A stretch of DNA of 64,000 nucleotides from an uncultured Acidobacteriota bacterium (GCA_963770895.1 CAVYRF010000001.1:1984001-2048000), one strand, 5' to 3'. Shown: positions 13,195-23,075, counted from the stretch's first letter. Made by a program: numbers and translations. The notes: generated by a model from the sequence alone, not told the origin.

Positions 13195-13766
13195 CTACTT
13201 GAGGCGCAAAAAAAGAGGACTGTGCGCCAGGAAGGATCGAAGCAGAGGCTGATTCCGCTGAAGGCTGCGGTGGCCGTGACGGGCGGCGGCGGTGAGTGCG
13301 TCGAGTTGAGTCGGCGCCAGGTTGGCCATAGCGCCGGTCTTCAAATACGACCAGACATACTCGACGGGGTTGAGGTCGGGGGCGTACGGAGGCAGGAAGG
13401 ACGCTCGCGACCCGAAGGTTTGCCGAAGAACCTGGTCAACCCGGTTGCTGCGATGAGCTTGGAGGCGATCCCAAATCACAACCGCCCGGCCTGGCAAATG
13501 GCGAGCAAGGCCGCGGAGAAACTCCACGATCTCGGTGATGCAGATATTGCGGTCTGGATGCAGCCGGAAGAAGAGCGACAACTCATCGCGGCTCGGTGGG
13601 ATGCATAGAGCGGCGATTGCCGAGACCTTTTGATGAGAACGGGTCCGCTGCACCAGCACTGGCGTTCGACCATGGCGCGACCAGCTTCGACGGACCCACG
13701 GGGCCATCAAGAAGCCGCTCTCGTCGATAAATACCAGCGTTGCATTCAGGCGCCAGGCTTTTTTTT
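13195..13766 (-). CDS. IS630 transposase OrfB (DDE part), probably reached by frameshift at A8
   Basis: VFIDESGF, VIWDRLQAH, LPPYAPDLNPVEYVWSYLK. Confidence 0.88.
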
Positions 13767-14255
13767 AATGCGGGGCCACTCCTGCTTAACCCACGTCTGA
13801 ATTTTCTCCTCGTCGCGTTCGATGGCGCGTCGCTGAGGCTTCTGCGGACTCCAGCCGAGACTGTGCAGGAGCCGGCCGACATGATCAGCGTGGTATTGCA
13901 CCGCGAACTGGGAGCGGATCACATCTGCGACCCGCGGACACGTCCACAGATCTGTCGGATACCCTGCGGCCTGGGCGCCCTGCAGCAGCAGCTCTTCCAG
14001 CGCAGCCTTGGTCTCCTGATGAAGTCGACTCGGGCGTCCCGGTACCGGCTTGGCCCGCAAGCCGATCGCTCCGCCCTGCTGATGCGCCGCCTTCCAACGC
14101 CGAACGCTCCTTCGATCGACTCCTACCATCCGAGCCACCTCAACCGGAGGCAACCCCTCTCGGAGAAGCTCTACAGCGCGCCTGCGCCGCCGTTCCAACT
14201 CCTCTGGGCTTCCTTGAGGACGCATCCCTATCCTCCCACCCAGAGTATAGGACAT
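13746..14255 (-). CDS. IS630 transposase OrfA (HTH part)
   Basis: EVARMVGVDRRSVRRW, LWTCPRVA, LGWSPQKPQRRAIERDE; ends at A8 run (13759-13766). Confidence 0.9.
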   Translation of the reverse strand: MSYTLGGRIGMRPQGSPEELERRRRRAVELLREGLPPVEVARMVGVDRRSVRRWKAAHQQGGAIGLRAKPVPGRPSRLHQETKAALEELLLQGAQAAGYPTDLWTCPRVADVIRSQFAVQYHADHVGRLLHSLGWSPQKPQRRAIERDEEKIQTWVKQEWPRIKKKPGA

Positions 14256-14463
14256 TCATTATGCAGGCATCAATAGCCACCAAAATCCACCCGGACCGCG
14301 TCACCTGTCCCGCCGCGGTCGTCTGCCCCCCTACCACCCGCCACCTATCGCCAGCCGCGGCGGCGAAGAACCTGCGGCTGCTCCCCTTCGAGGTGGTGCG
14401 CCAGCGCCTGTCCAGTCGGTGTCCTCAGGCGCCGGCGCCCTGCGATCGCCCTGGCCGTTGGGC

Positions 14464-14691
14464 TCAAGATTCGTCGCGCAGTTTGTTGACCAAGGTCATC
14501 GTCGGCATCGGGCCGCCGGACGGTCGGCGGGGAAGTAGCGGATCCCCATTGCGAACCTGGGAGATCTGGGCCGGCTCCATGGCCTTGCGTACCAAGTCGG
14601 AGATCACCTGGCCGATCGTTGAGCCACGGCTGCGTGCGATCTCTTTGACAGCCTGCAGCACGTCATCGTCGATGTTGAGGGTAGTTCGCAT
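14464..14691 (-). CDS. VapB/CopG-like ribbon-helix-helix antitoxin, orphan
   Basis: MRTTLNIDDDVLQAVKEIAR..TIGQVISDLVRKA; no recognisable toxin downstream. Confidence 0.82.
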   Translation of the reverse strand: MRTTLNIDDDVLQAVKEIARSRGSTIGQVISDLVRKAMEPAQISQVRNGDPLLPRRPSGGPMPTMTLVNKLRDES

Positions 14692-14787
14692 GGCACCGCG
14701 AATTGTAGCTCCAGGGCTGGAACACGCCCCTCGCTCTTGGGACGTGGTGTCTGTAAGTTCGCTGTTGTTCGCGACCCGGCCGGTCAG

Positions 14788-15612
14788 CTAGGGGCTGGCG
14801 GCGGCGGTTGCGATGTAGCGAGCGATGTTTTGTTCCAGGACGGGGAGGGGGACGGAGCCGCTGCCCAGGACGGCGTCGTGAAAGTCGCGGACGTCGAAGC
14901 GGGGGCCCAGAGCTTGTTCGGCCTGGTGGCGGAGCTGTTGGATCTTCAGCTGGCCGACCTTGAAGGCCAGGGCCTGGCCGGGGAAGGAAGTGTAGCGGTC
15001 GGTTTCGGTTTCGACCTCGTGCAGGGATAGCGCGGTGTGCGCGGCCAGATAGTCCATGGCCTGGCGGCGCGACCAGCCGCGGGTGTGGATGCCGGTGTCG
15101 ACGACCAGGCGGCAGGCGCGCCACATCTCGTAGCTGAGGCGGCCGAAGTTGCTGTAGGGATCGGTGTCCAGACCGGCTTCCAGGCCCAGCCATTCGCTGT
15201 ACAGGCCCCAGCCTTCGCAGAAGGCCCAATGGTAGAGATAGCGGCGGAACGGCGGCAGGCCGGTGATCTCGCGCGCCAGGGCGATCTGCAGGTGGTGGCC
15301 GGGAACGGCTTCGTGCAGGGTCAGGGCGACCAGGTTGTAGGTCGGGCGTGACGCCAGCAGCGAGGTGTTCACCCAATAGGTGCCGGGTTGGGTGCTGCCG
15401 GCCTGCGGCTCGACGTAGCGGCCGGCGGTGTAGTTGGGGGCGATGCTGTCGGGCACCGGCGCAACGGTGTAGGGAGTGCGCGGCGGGGTGCGCACCAGCG
15501 AGGGGAGCTTGCCGTCGATGGTCTTGGCGATGAGGGCGGCGCGGCGCAGCAGCTCTTCGGGGGTCTTTGCGTAAAAGCGCGGGTCGGTGCGCAGGAACTG
15601 CAGGAACTCCGG
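14788..15612 (-). pseudogene. DUF885-family protein, C-terminal fragment only
   Basis: EFLQFLRTDPRFY, LTLHEAVPGHHLQ, AFCEGWGLYSE, WRACRLVVDTGIH, PGQALAFKVG; N-terminal half replaced by unrelated DNA. Confidence 0.85.
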
Positions 15613-15675
15613 ACTTCCGTCCTCGTAAGCGGACACGAAGACTGATGCACGCAGCCCCACGGGTTCATTCATCAG

Positions 15676-15903
15676 TTGCCACCCTGCCGCGTCACCCTCC
15701 GAGGACGCAAATCCCAGCCCCGCTACCCCGAAGACCCCCGGACTTTGGGCGAGCACCTCCGCCGGGCGCGCCTCTACCGGGGCCTCCCGCAGCGACAGGT
15801 GGCCGAGGTGATCGGCTGGCGTCCAGCACGGCACCATCGCAGACCAAGGTCCCGTTACGACGATAGTGAGACAGCTCGGACAATCGGGCAAGCACCCGAC
15901 TAG
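15676..15903 (+). pseudogene. XRE-family HTH fragment
   Basis: YPEDPRTLGEHLRRARLYRGLPQRQVAEVIG, after which homology is lost. Confidence 0.6.
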
Positions 15904-15912
15904 CGGACGTGG

Positions 15913-15945
15913 TTGACATAGCTCTATGGTATCGCCTACGATACC
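15913..15945 (+). promoter_or_regulatory. TA operon promoter with two palindromic operators
   Basis: TTGACA-N18-TACGAT; palindromes CATAG-ct-CTATG (15917-28) and GGTATCG-ccta-CGATACC (15928-45). Confidence 0.7.
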
Positions 15946-15948
15946 GCG

Positions 15949-16377
15949 GTGTCGCTCCCGCGGGTCGTCCTCGACACGAATGTGTTGGTCGCGGCCTCGC
16001 GGTCGAAGAGGGGGGCATCTGCCAGGCTCCTGTCGCTGATCGGGACGGGCAGTTTCGAGATGGTGCTCTCTGTGCCGCTCCTTCTGGAATACGAGGCGGT
16101 GTTTGTGCGGGGTCTTGCACCTGACTCGTCTGAGCGGCAAACCAGAGAGGAACTCCTCGATTACCTTTGCGCGGTTGCCGAGCGGCAGGAGATCTTCTTC
16201 TTGTGGCGGCCTCATTTGAGAGATCCGCAGGATGAGATGGTCCTGGAGGCGGCGGTTGCCGGAGGCTGCGGAAGGATCATTTCCTTCAACAAGAAGGATT
16301 TCGTGGGCGCAGAGCGGTTCGGTGTGGTCGTCCTTACTCCCCGGGAGTTTCTCGAAGAGATAGGAGCAGTATCATGA
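15949..16377 (+). CDS. PIN-domain toxin
   Basis: RVVLDTNVLVAA, LLLEYEAV, LRDPQDEMVLEAA, IISFNKKDF. Confidence 0.92.
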   Translation: MSLPRVVLDTNVLVAASRSKRGASARLLSLIGTGSFEMVLSVPLLLEYEAVFVRGLAPDSSERQTREELLDYLCAVAERQEIFFLWRPHLRDPQDEMVLEAAVAGGCGRIISFNKKDFVGAERFGVVVLTPREFLEEIGAVS

Positions 16378-16610
16378 GCACGATCAGCCTGAGGCTTCCG
16401 GACTCCTTGCATGAGCAGATCCGGAAATTGGCGAACGTGGACGGTATTTCTATCAACCAGTTCATCAGCACGGCGGCCGCCGAGAAACTGGCGGCTCTCA
16501 TGACCGTCGACTATCTGGAGGAGCGTGCAAAGCGCGGGACTCGGCAGAGGTTCGAGGCTGCACTCAAACGCCTGCCAGATGTCGAGCCGGCTGATGATGA
16601 CAAGTTGTAG
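16374..16610 (+). CDS. RHH (CopG/HicB-like) antitoxin
   Basis: MSTISLRLPDSLH..GISINQFISTAAAEKLAAL; ATGA overlap with toxin. Confidence 0.88.
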   Translation: MSTISLRLPDSLHEQIRKLANVDGISINQFISTAAAEKLAALMTVDYLEERAKRGTRQRFEAALKRLPDVEPADDDKL

Positions 16611-16869
16611 GCTTGGGTTGCGCACGGCGGCCCGATCCTCTTTGATCCTTGAAGTCCCTGTCGCAGGAGCGCGCGGCTTGGGAGTAGAGGCCAAAGAGCT
16701 CGGGCCAGGATTGGCTGATCTCTTTCCCGGTCTCGGAATCCTCGCAAAGGATCTGTCCGCCAGGCTTATTTCGCACAGGCCATAAAGCAGCGCGGGGCCT
16801 CGGGTTCACCCTGCTCCCAGGGTTAGTCGATTCAAGAGCTTTGAAACCAACCAGAGGAGCCTGTCTTAT

Positions 16870-18024
16870 ATGTCTAAGAGCATCTTCCTTTCTGGGTGGG
16901 ACTACAATCGTGTACTTCGAGAAGACCCCCTGAGGCCGTCGGCATCGGGACTACCGGCACAGGTACTCTGGAGCGGGTCTGCGCAATTCTGGCTTTTTGA
17001 AACAGTGTATTGCTCCAAGGAAGCCCTTGAGGGAGATATGGCTGCGTATACTGCGCTGGGGTGGACGACCGGTAAGATTTTCGCCGATCTCGCCAGTAGG
17101 GGTTTTCTAACACCTATCGACTTCGGCTCCTACATAACAAAAGATGACGCGCTCTTGACGCAATTCACCAGTATCCACAAATTGCTTCATGAGCACTACG
17201 ACCGAACCGAGATAAGAAAATATCTTGAGGAAGGAAACGATGTCGAGCTCGAGGCGATAAAGCTTAGGCTGTTGTCTCCTCTCCTCAGGCGCCTTCAGTG
17301 CGTCAAGAACGTCTCTCCCAATAGCATACGCCATTGGATTGCCCCGCGGCGTAAAGCCTCTCAGATGCCTGCGGCCGGCACAACGGCGGCGGGGCTTTTT
17401 GACGAGGCGCTTGCAACAGGTGGTGCCGGCAGTATGCGTGCTTCCTTTCGTCTGTGCGATCCTCCGGGCACGGGGTTACCACAATCCGTTGTCACCGAGC
17501 AAGCGCGCATTGAACAACAGGTTCAGCGCCCCCTAATACCCGCTCTTCTGGAGGGTAGCCTTCCCATGGCCGAGTTTCATGAAGCGCTGGTGCCAACACG
17601 CAGCTATTACGAACCCATCAATCAGCAGCTATGGGACAATTATCTCCATAACATCGACAGACTGGAACGCCTTCGTGATATTGCCAAGATTCACCTTTGG
17701 CCGAATTTGCACAGCGAATGGTTGCCATCGCTCGAATCAGATCCGGGGTACTTACGTAAGTTTCGCTCTCGACTAAGGGATGCGCTCTTGCGAAGTCGCT
17801 ACGATCCATATCTCCAGTTTGGAACCGACCTGGCAATAAACGCCGTTAGCCTGGGCGCAGGCGCGGCCGCGGGTCTTGCAGCTCCAGATCTCTTTACCGG
17901 CGCTGCCGCTATGGGGATGACGGTTTATACAGTGAGGCGTGGCCTAGAGATCGTTCATGGAGAGGTGCGTAAGCGCTCCGACAGCCTGACCTTGTTTCTA
18001 CAAAAGGCGGCTATCAAGAAATGA
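16870..18024 (+). CDS. Hypothetical protein (384 aa) with C-terminal Gly/Ala hydrophobic hairpin
   Basis: Long ORF in visibly lower-GC DNA; RBS GAGGAG; ATGA coupling to the NUDIX gene. Confidence 0.8.
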   Translation: MSKSIFLSGWDYNRVLREDPLRPSASGLPAQVLWSGSAQFWLFETVYCSKEALEGDMAAYTALGWTTGKIFADLASRGFLTPIDFGSYITKDDALLTQFTSIHKLLHEHYDRTEIRKYLEEGNDVELEAIKLRLLSPLLRRLQCVKNVSPNSIRHWIAPRRKASQMPAAGTTAAGLFDEALATGGAGSMRASFRLCDPPGTGLPQSVVTEQARIEQQVQRPLIPALLEGSLPMAEFHEALVPTRSYYEPINQQLWDNYLHNIDRLERLRDIAKIHLWPNLHSEWLPSLESDPGYLRKFRSRLRDALLRSRYDPYLQFGTDLAINAVSLGAGAAAGLAAPDLFTGAAAMGMTVYTVRRGLEIVHGEVRKRSDSLTLFLQKAAIKK

Positions 18025-18581
18025 CGGGAGATAGCAGCGTGAAAGAGATCGCCTGGAGGCTCCTTGAGCGTAAGGTGCTGTTGGAAAATCAATGGGTTAC
18101 CGTTGAGTGTAATCGGTACGCGACTCCAGATTTGGAGAGCGTCCCAGACTACCTGGTAGTGCGACGGCGGCCATTTGTGGTGATCGTTGCAGAGGATGAT
18201 GGCTGCGTCTTGTTCATAAGACAGTATAGGCCCGCCACGAATAAGATATATTTGTGTCTCCCCGCTGGTTTCTGTGCGGACCAGGAAGACCCGACTTTGG
18301 CCGGGCAACGAGAACTGCACGAGGAAACCGGCTACGAAGGTCGCTCATTTCGCCAATTGGGCGTGCTCGACCCTCTGCCTGGCTATGTATCCTCACCGGC
18401 GCACATTTTGCACTGTCAATTGGGACGTCGGGGTGAACATCTTGATCCCGACAAAGAGTCGCTAGAGGTTCTGCTTGTTCCCTGGAGCCAAATTCTCCGA
18501 GAGATCATGGACGGTGGTATAGACGAAATGCAGGCAGTTGCGGCGTTGTTGTTGGCCTATACCAGAGGTGCACAATCCTGA
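18021..18581 (+). CDS. NUDIX hydrolase (ADP-ribose pyrophosphatase-like)
   Basis: IRQYRP; Nudix box GFCADQEDPTLAGQRELHEETGY. Confidence 0.9.
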   Translation: MTGDSSVKEIAWRLLERKVLLENQWVTVECNRYATPDLESVPDYLVVRRRPFVVIVAEDDGCVLFIRQYRPATNKIYLCLPAGFCADQEDPTLAGQRELHEETGYEGRSFRQLGVLDPLPGYVSSPAHILHCQLGRRGEHLDPDKESLEVLLVPWSQILREIMDGGIDEMQAVAALLLAYTRGAQS

Positions 18582-18597
18582 TAGAGACCCTGGCAAG

Positions 18598-18649
18598 GGA
18601 TCACAAAAAGTGCACGCGGCCCCAGTGATGTGTGCACCTTTTGTGATCC
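18598..18649. repeat. 18-bp inverted repeat
   Basis: GGATCACAAAAAGTGCAC-N16-GTGCACCTTTTGTGATCC (1 mismatch), between convergent genes. Confidence 0.8.
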
Positions 18650-18712
18650 GCTTGCGGGGCCGGATTCCGCGTCCCTGGTGCCCCGAGAGGTCCCGGAAGG
18701 TGGGCGAGGACT

Positions 18713-20500
18713 TCAAACAGGCCCGCCTCGATCGGCCTGCAGCGTCGCCGGCGGCACCCGTGATGGGCGGTGGTTACTGAGAGATCTCAGGATCGCGTCC
18801 AGCACCATGTCCAGCTCCTTGCCGACATCTTCGGCGAGGAATCGGAGCACCAGATAGCCGCGCTCCTGGAGCAGCTGATCCTTGCGCCTGTCCCGTCGGT
18901 AGGCGATCGGGTCTGCGAGATGCTGGGCGCCGTCCAGTTCCACTGCCACCCGCGCATCGGCGCAGAGCAGGTCGACCTCCATGCTCGCCATGCCGTTGAA
19001 CGGGATCAGTAATGTCGCGTTGACGCCGAAGCGGTCCTTCGTTTCCGGGAGTGTCTCCAACCGTCTGAATAGAAAGGCCTCCGTGGCGCTCCGCGCGCGG
19101 TTGGCACCGATGGCGTCAGAAGGCACGGCTCTCGCGACGTGGATGAACAGGCTGGCGAGTGGTGCATCGATACCGTCACGAACGAGCCGTCGTACGCTGC
19201 CCGAGTAGTCTCGCTTCCACGCGGGGTCTGACGGCAGGACAACGTCCGCGGGCCAGCCCGGGATCGCGCTTGCGGGGAGGATCACGGTGTAGCCGACGGT
19301 CTCGTACCCGCGGCAGCGACGGTCGAACATCCGCGCGAGCATCGATACGTTGAGGTCGGCGTAGTCGTAGATACGTACTTCGCGCTTGCCGTCGTATAGC
19401 CGATGCAGTCGGCCCGCGTATTGAGCGACGGTGCCACGCCACGAGACCGGCAACGTAAGGAACAGCGTATCGAGTCGAGGATCATCGAACCCTTCGCCGA
19501 CGTAGCGGCCGGTAGCAAGGATGACGCGGGGTTCGTCTCGCGGGATGTTGGCCAGTCGTTCGGCGATGGCATTGCGCTCCTTCTTTCCCAGTTTGGCCCG
19601 CAGCACCAGCAGGTGTTGAATCCGGTCGATGAGCCCGCGTTCGAGTCGGTCCAGGTGGTCATTGCGCTCGGTCAGAACCAGAGGCGAACGTCCATTGCGA
19701 ACCGACTCCAGTACGTCGTCGCAGATCCGTCGATTGCGCGGCTCGTCTTCTACCAGCGCTCGGTAGAGAGCCTGGAACTCACGGCGCCTATCGGGATCGG
19801 GCGGTCGGGTGGACTGGAATGACGTCGGCTGCACGAGGGCGTAGTGCTCGAAAGGACGGGCTGCTGCCTGTGACCGGGCACTCACGCGATGCCGGATTGG
19901 ACCACACTGCATAACTAGAAAGGTGGCAAGCCGCTCGATCCACTGATGGAGCAACTGCCGTCGATGGACGAGGACGAGCGTGTTCACGCCGCGCTCAGCA
20001 ATGAGCCACGCGGCGACGACGGTCTTGCCGAAGGCCGTGGTGGCGGCCAGTACGCCGGTGTCGTGCTTCAGAATGGCTCTGCGGCAACCTTCTGCTCAGG
20101 ACGCAACTCGCCGTGGAAGGCGACATCGAGGGGACGACCGATCGAGCGTTCGTCCCGAATGGTCATGCGAACGCGCAGCGCGTGGAGCGTCTGCTGGATG
20201 TCCTCGAGGCAGCCGCGCGGCAGGGCGACGTGGTGAGGGTGGTCCTCGGCGCAGGCGATCACCCGCGGCTTGTCATAAGTGGATAGCCGCATTGCCTGGG
20301 CCTTGTAGAACTCTGGATTCTGAAATGCTGCTAGGCGAAGCAGCCGGTTCCTCAGACCGGGATGAAGTGCGTCCTTGGGGACGTAGATCTGATTGCCCAA
20401 GACCACGGGTACACGTCGTCTCGACCTCGGAAGAGGGATTGGAAGAGGGCGATCTTGATCTCGGATCGCGACGTCCGGTCGACTGAGCTCGCGATCAGAC
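18713..20500 (-). pseudogene. Decayed SF2 (DEAD/DEAH-like) helicase with TOTE-primase-like N-terminus and C-terminal DUF559 nuclease-like domain
   Basis: IALFQSLFRGRDDVYP; LAAFQNPEFYKAQAMRLST; Walker A ATTAFGKT; GEGFDDPRLDTL, QYAGRLHR; AVELDGAQH..YRRDRRKD; two internal deletions and a frameshift near 20070. Confidence 0.82.
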
Positions 20501-20569
20501 TCACCGGGATGTCTAGCGGCGAGAGAGTGCCCATTCTTTCCACCTCAAACCTGGCACGCGCACGAAGTG

Positions 20570-20653
20570 GTAGAGCTCCTCGCGTGAAACGACGATGGCG
20601 GGATGCGGACCTGCCTTTGGGAAGTCGGCAAGGTAGATCTCACCGGGCTCCAT
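20570..20653 (-). pseudogene. Truncated PemK/MazF toxin
   Basis: MEPGEIYLADFPKAGPHPAIVVSREEL, after which homology is lost. Confidence 0.7.
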
Positions 20654-20748
20654 CAAGACGCCCTCTTGGCGCTGTCCCCGGCGTTGGTAGGGCCGCCGTG
20701 CATCTCGTCGAGTGCCCGCTGCTGCTGCTCGGTCAAGCGAATTCGCAT
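20653..20748 (-). pseudogene. Probable shortened antitoxin upstream of the MazF remnant
   Basis: 31-aa ORF MRIRLTEQQQRALDEMHGGPTNAGDSAKRAS with TGATG overlap to the toxin start. Confidence 0.45.
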
Positions 20749-21024
20749 GGGCCATTATCGCTCAATCCAGGAGGTGTGGCGCATTGCGCGGGGCGACCGA
20801 AAGAGCGTGCGGCCCGCCGTTGGGCGATCAGAGTGACTCGTCGTCGAAGCGTCCACGCTCGCCTGTTGTCTCAGGTTGGCTCGCCATTTCCGGCAACCGG
20901 CCTCACTCGAGAAAAGCGTCCGGGGCGAGGCGGCGAGGTACGGCCGTGGGGAACGGTGATGGAGGTCTGGGCCGGACGGCAGTCAGCGAACATCAGCGGG
21001 CTCGGGCTGGGATAGCATCGTGGG

Positions 21025-22482
21025 ATGGCGCTTCTGGGGAGAGGTCCGGAGCGGCAGCCCGAGGGGGCGCCGCCGCGGTTGACGGCTGTGGCGCGGCGGC
21101 TCACGGTGGCGCCGCTGGTGGCGGCGACCTACTTCATGGTGGCGGGCGGCCCGTATGGGCTGGAGGAGCTGGTCGGTGGCGCGGGCTACGGCCTGGCGGT
21201 GGTCATCCTGCTGGTGACGCCGATCGTCTGGAGCCTGCCGGTGGCGCTGATGGTGGGGGAGCTGGCCGGCGCGATCCCCGAGGAGGGCGGCTTCTACGTC
21301 TGGGTGCGCCGCGGCCTGGGCCCCTTTGCCGGTTTCATGGAGGCGTGGCTGTCGCTGGCGGCGAGCGTCTTCGACATGGCGATCTACCCGACGCTCTTCG
21401 TGCTCTACCTGGCGCGGCTGTGGCCGGCGCTCGGCGCTGACGGCGCGACCAAGGCCCTGGGGGTCGGGATGATCGCGGTGTGCACGATCTGGAACTTGCG
21501 CGGCGCCAAGGCGGTGGGTGGTGGGTCTCTGATCATGACGGTGCTGCTGCTGGCGCCGTTTGCGGTGCTGTCCGTCCAGGCTCTGGTCACGCACATCGGC
21601 GGCGTCGTCGCGCCCGGCGGCGGCGCGGCTGCCGCCGCTGGGGCGGGCGCCGCTGCCGTGCCGGCCGGCGTGGCGCATGCGGCAGCGGGCGGCAGCGCGG
21701 CGCTGTTTGCGGGTCTGCTGGTGGCGATGTGGAACTACATGGGGTGGGACAACGCCTCGACGATCGCCGGCGAGGTGGAGCGTCCGCAGCGCACCTATCC
21801 GGTGGCGATGGTGGCGGCGGTGGCGCTGGTTGCGATCACCTACCTGGTGCCGGTCGCCGCGGTGAGCAGGACGGGACTCGACCCGCACGGCTGGCAGACC
21901 GGCGCCTGGGTCGACGCGGCGACGGCGATCGGCGGCCGCTGGCTGGGGGTTGCGGTGGTGGCGGGCGGCGTGCTGTCGGCCGTCGGCATGTTCAATGCCC
22001 TGGTGCTGTCGTATTCGCGGCTGCCGATGGTGCTGGCCCAGGACGGGTTCCTGCCGCGGCTGCTGGCGCGCCGCGACGGGCGGACGGGGGCGCCGGTCGC
22101 TGCCGTCGTGACCTGCGCCGCGGCCTACGGACTGGCCCTCGGCCTGGGATTCGTGCGCCTGGTGGAGCTGGACGTGATGCTTTACGGCCTCAGCCTGATC
22201 CTGGAGTTCGTCGCGCTGGTGGCGCTGCGGGTGCGCGAGCCGCGGCTGCCGCGCCCCTTCCGGGTGCCGGGCGGCCTGCCCGGCGCGATCGCGCTCGGCC
22301 TCCCGCCGACCGCCCTGATCGTCTTCGCGTTCTTCCACGGCGGCGACGAAGACCAGGCGGCCGGCGCCGTCAGCCCTGTCGCGCTGGGCGGCCTGCTGAT
22401 CCTGGCCGGCGTCGTCATATACGCCCTGACCGCCCGCCGGCGCAGAGCCCGCGCGCTGCCGCAGCCGCCAGCTGGCGGGTGA
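21025..22482 (+). CDS. APC-family amino acid/polyamine permease
   Basis: YFMVAGGPYGLEE, PEEGGFYVWV, MWNYMGWDNASTIAGEV, LRVREPRLPRPFRVPGG; multiple TM helices. Confidence 0.93.
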   Translation: MALLGRGPERQPEGAPPRLTAVARRLTVAPLVAATYFMVAGGPYGLEELVGGAGYGLAVVILLVTPIVWSLPVALMVGELAGAIPEEGGFYVWVRRGLGPFAGFMEAWLSLAASVFDMAIYPTLFVLYLARLWPALGADGATKALGVGMIAVCTIWNLRGAKAVGGGSLIMTVLLLAPFAVLSVQALVTHIGGVVAPGGGAAAAAGAGAAAVPAGVAHAAAGGSAALFAGLLVAMWNYMGWDNASTIAGEVERPQRTYPVAMVAAVALVAITYLVPVAAVSRTGLDPHGWQTGAWVDAATAIGGRWLGVAVVAGGVLSAVGMFNALVLSYSRLPMVLAQDGFLPRLLARRDGRTGAPVAAVVTCAAAYGLALGLGFVRLVELDVMLYGLSLILEFVALVALRVREPRLPRPFRVPGGLPGAIALGLPPTALIVFAFFHGGDEDQAAGAVSPVALGGLLILAGVVIYALTARRRRARALPQPPAGG

Positions 22483-22655
22483 GGCACAGCAAAAGACTTT
22501 CCAGCGGGTCGGGCGCAGGAAGAAACTGCCGCATCCTTGCCCTGCGCGTGCTCGGCTCGCCGCTCCCCGGCCTGGGCGACCAGCGCCCGCGCCTGGCGCG
22601 CGACCTATCTGACGCCGAGCCGTTTTCCGGCGGGAGCCGGACCCCGCGCGGCGGG

Positions 22656-23075
22656 TTACATCGGGGCCATGCCGCCGTTGACCATCCACGGCGTGCCGAA
22701 GCGATCGACCACCATGCCGAAGGCTTCGGCCCAGAAGGTCTTCTGCAGCGGCATGCCCACCTTGCCGCCGGCGCCCAGCGCTTCGAAGACCCGCTGGGCC
22801 TCTTCGGCGGTCGGGTAGGTGAGCGCCAGGCCGAAACCGTGCATGCCGTGGAAGGGCTGTCCGGGCATGGTGTCGGAGGCCATGACCACGCTGCCGTCCA
22901 GGGACAGGCGCGCGTGGATAATGCGGTCGGCGCTGCCGGGCGGCGCCTGGCCGGCCATGGGCGAGTCGGCGAAGGTCATCATGCCTTCGATCTTGGCGCC
23001 CAGGGTCTGTTCGTAGAACCGCAGCGCCTCGGCGCAGGTGCCGTCAAAATTGAGGTAGGGCTGGATGGCTGGCAT
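22656..23075 (-). CDS. VOC/PhnB-family (glyoxalase-like) protein
   Basis: PYLNFDGTCAEALRFYE, IIHARL, MPLQKTFWAEAFGMVVDRFGTPWMVN; RBS AGGAGG. Confidence 0.93.
   Translation of the reverse strand: MPAIQPYLNFDGTCAEALRFYEQTLGAKIEGMMTFADSPMAGQAPPGSADRIIHARLSLDGSVVMASDTMPGQPFHGMHGFGLALTYPTAEEAQRVFEALGAGGKVGMPLQKTFWAEAFGMVVDRFGTPWMVNGGMAPM

Larger units (their letters stand above)
13172..14273 (-). mobile_element. IS630-family insertion sequence (1102 bp)
   Basis: Imperfect terminal IRs TTGAgtaCTGCATAAcaAATGTCCTA / TTGAtgcCTGCATAAtgAATGTCCTA; TA duplicated at 13170-71 and 14274-75. Confidence 0.93.

Noticed and set aside
14280-14463. Possible VapC remnant downstream of the orphan antitoxin
   Set aside because: No PIN motif in the minus-strand frames read
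15613-16215. N-terminal half of the 475-aa ORF 14788-16215
   Set aside because: Antisense to the XRE stub and PIN toxin; DUF885 similarity starts only near 15612
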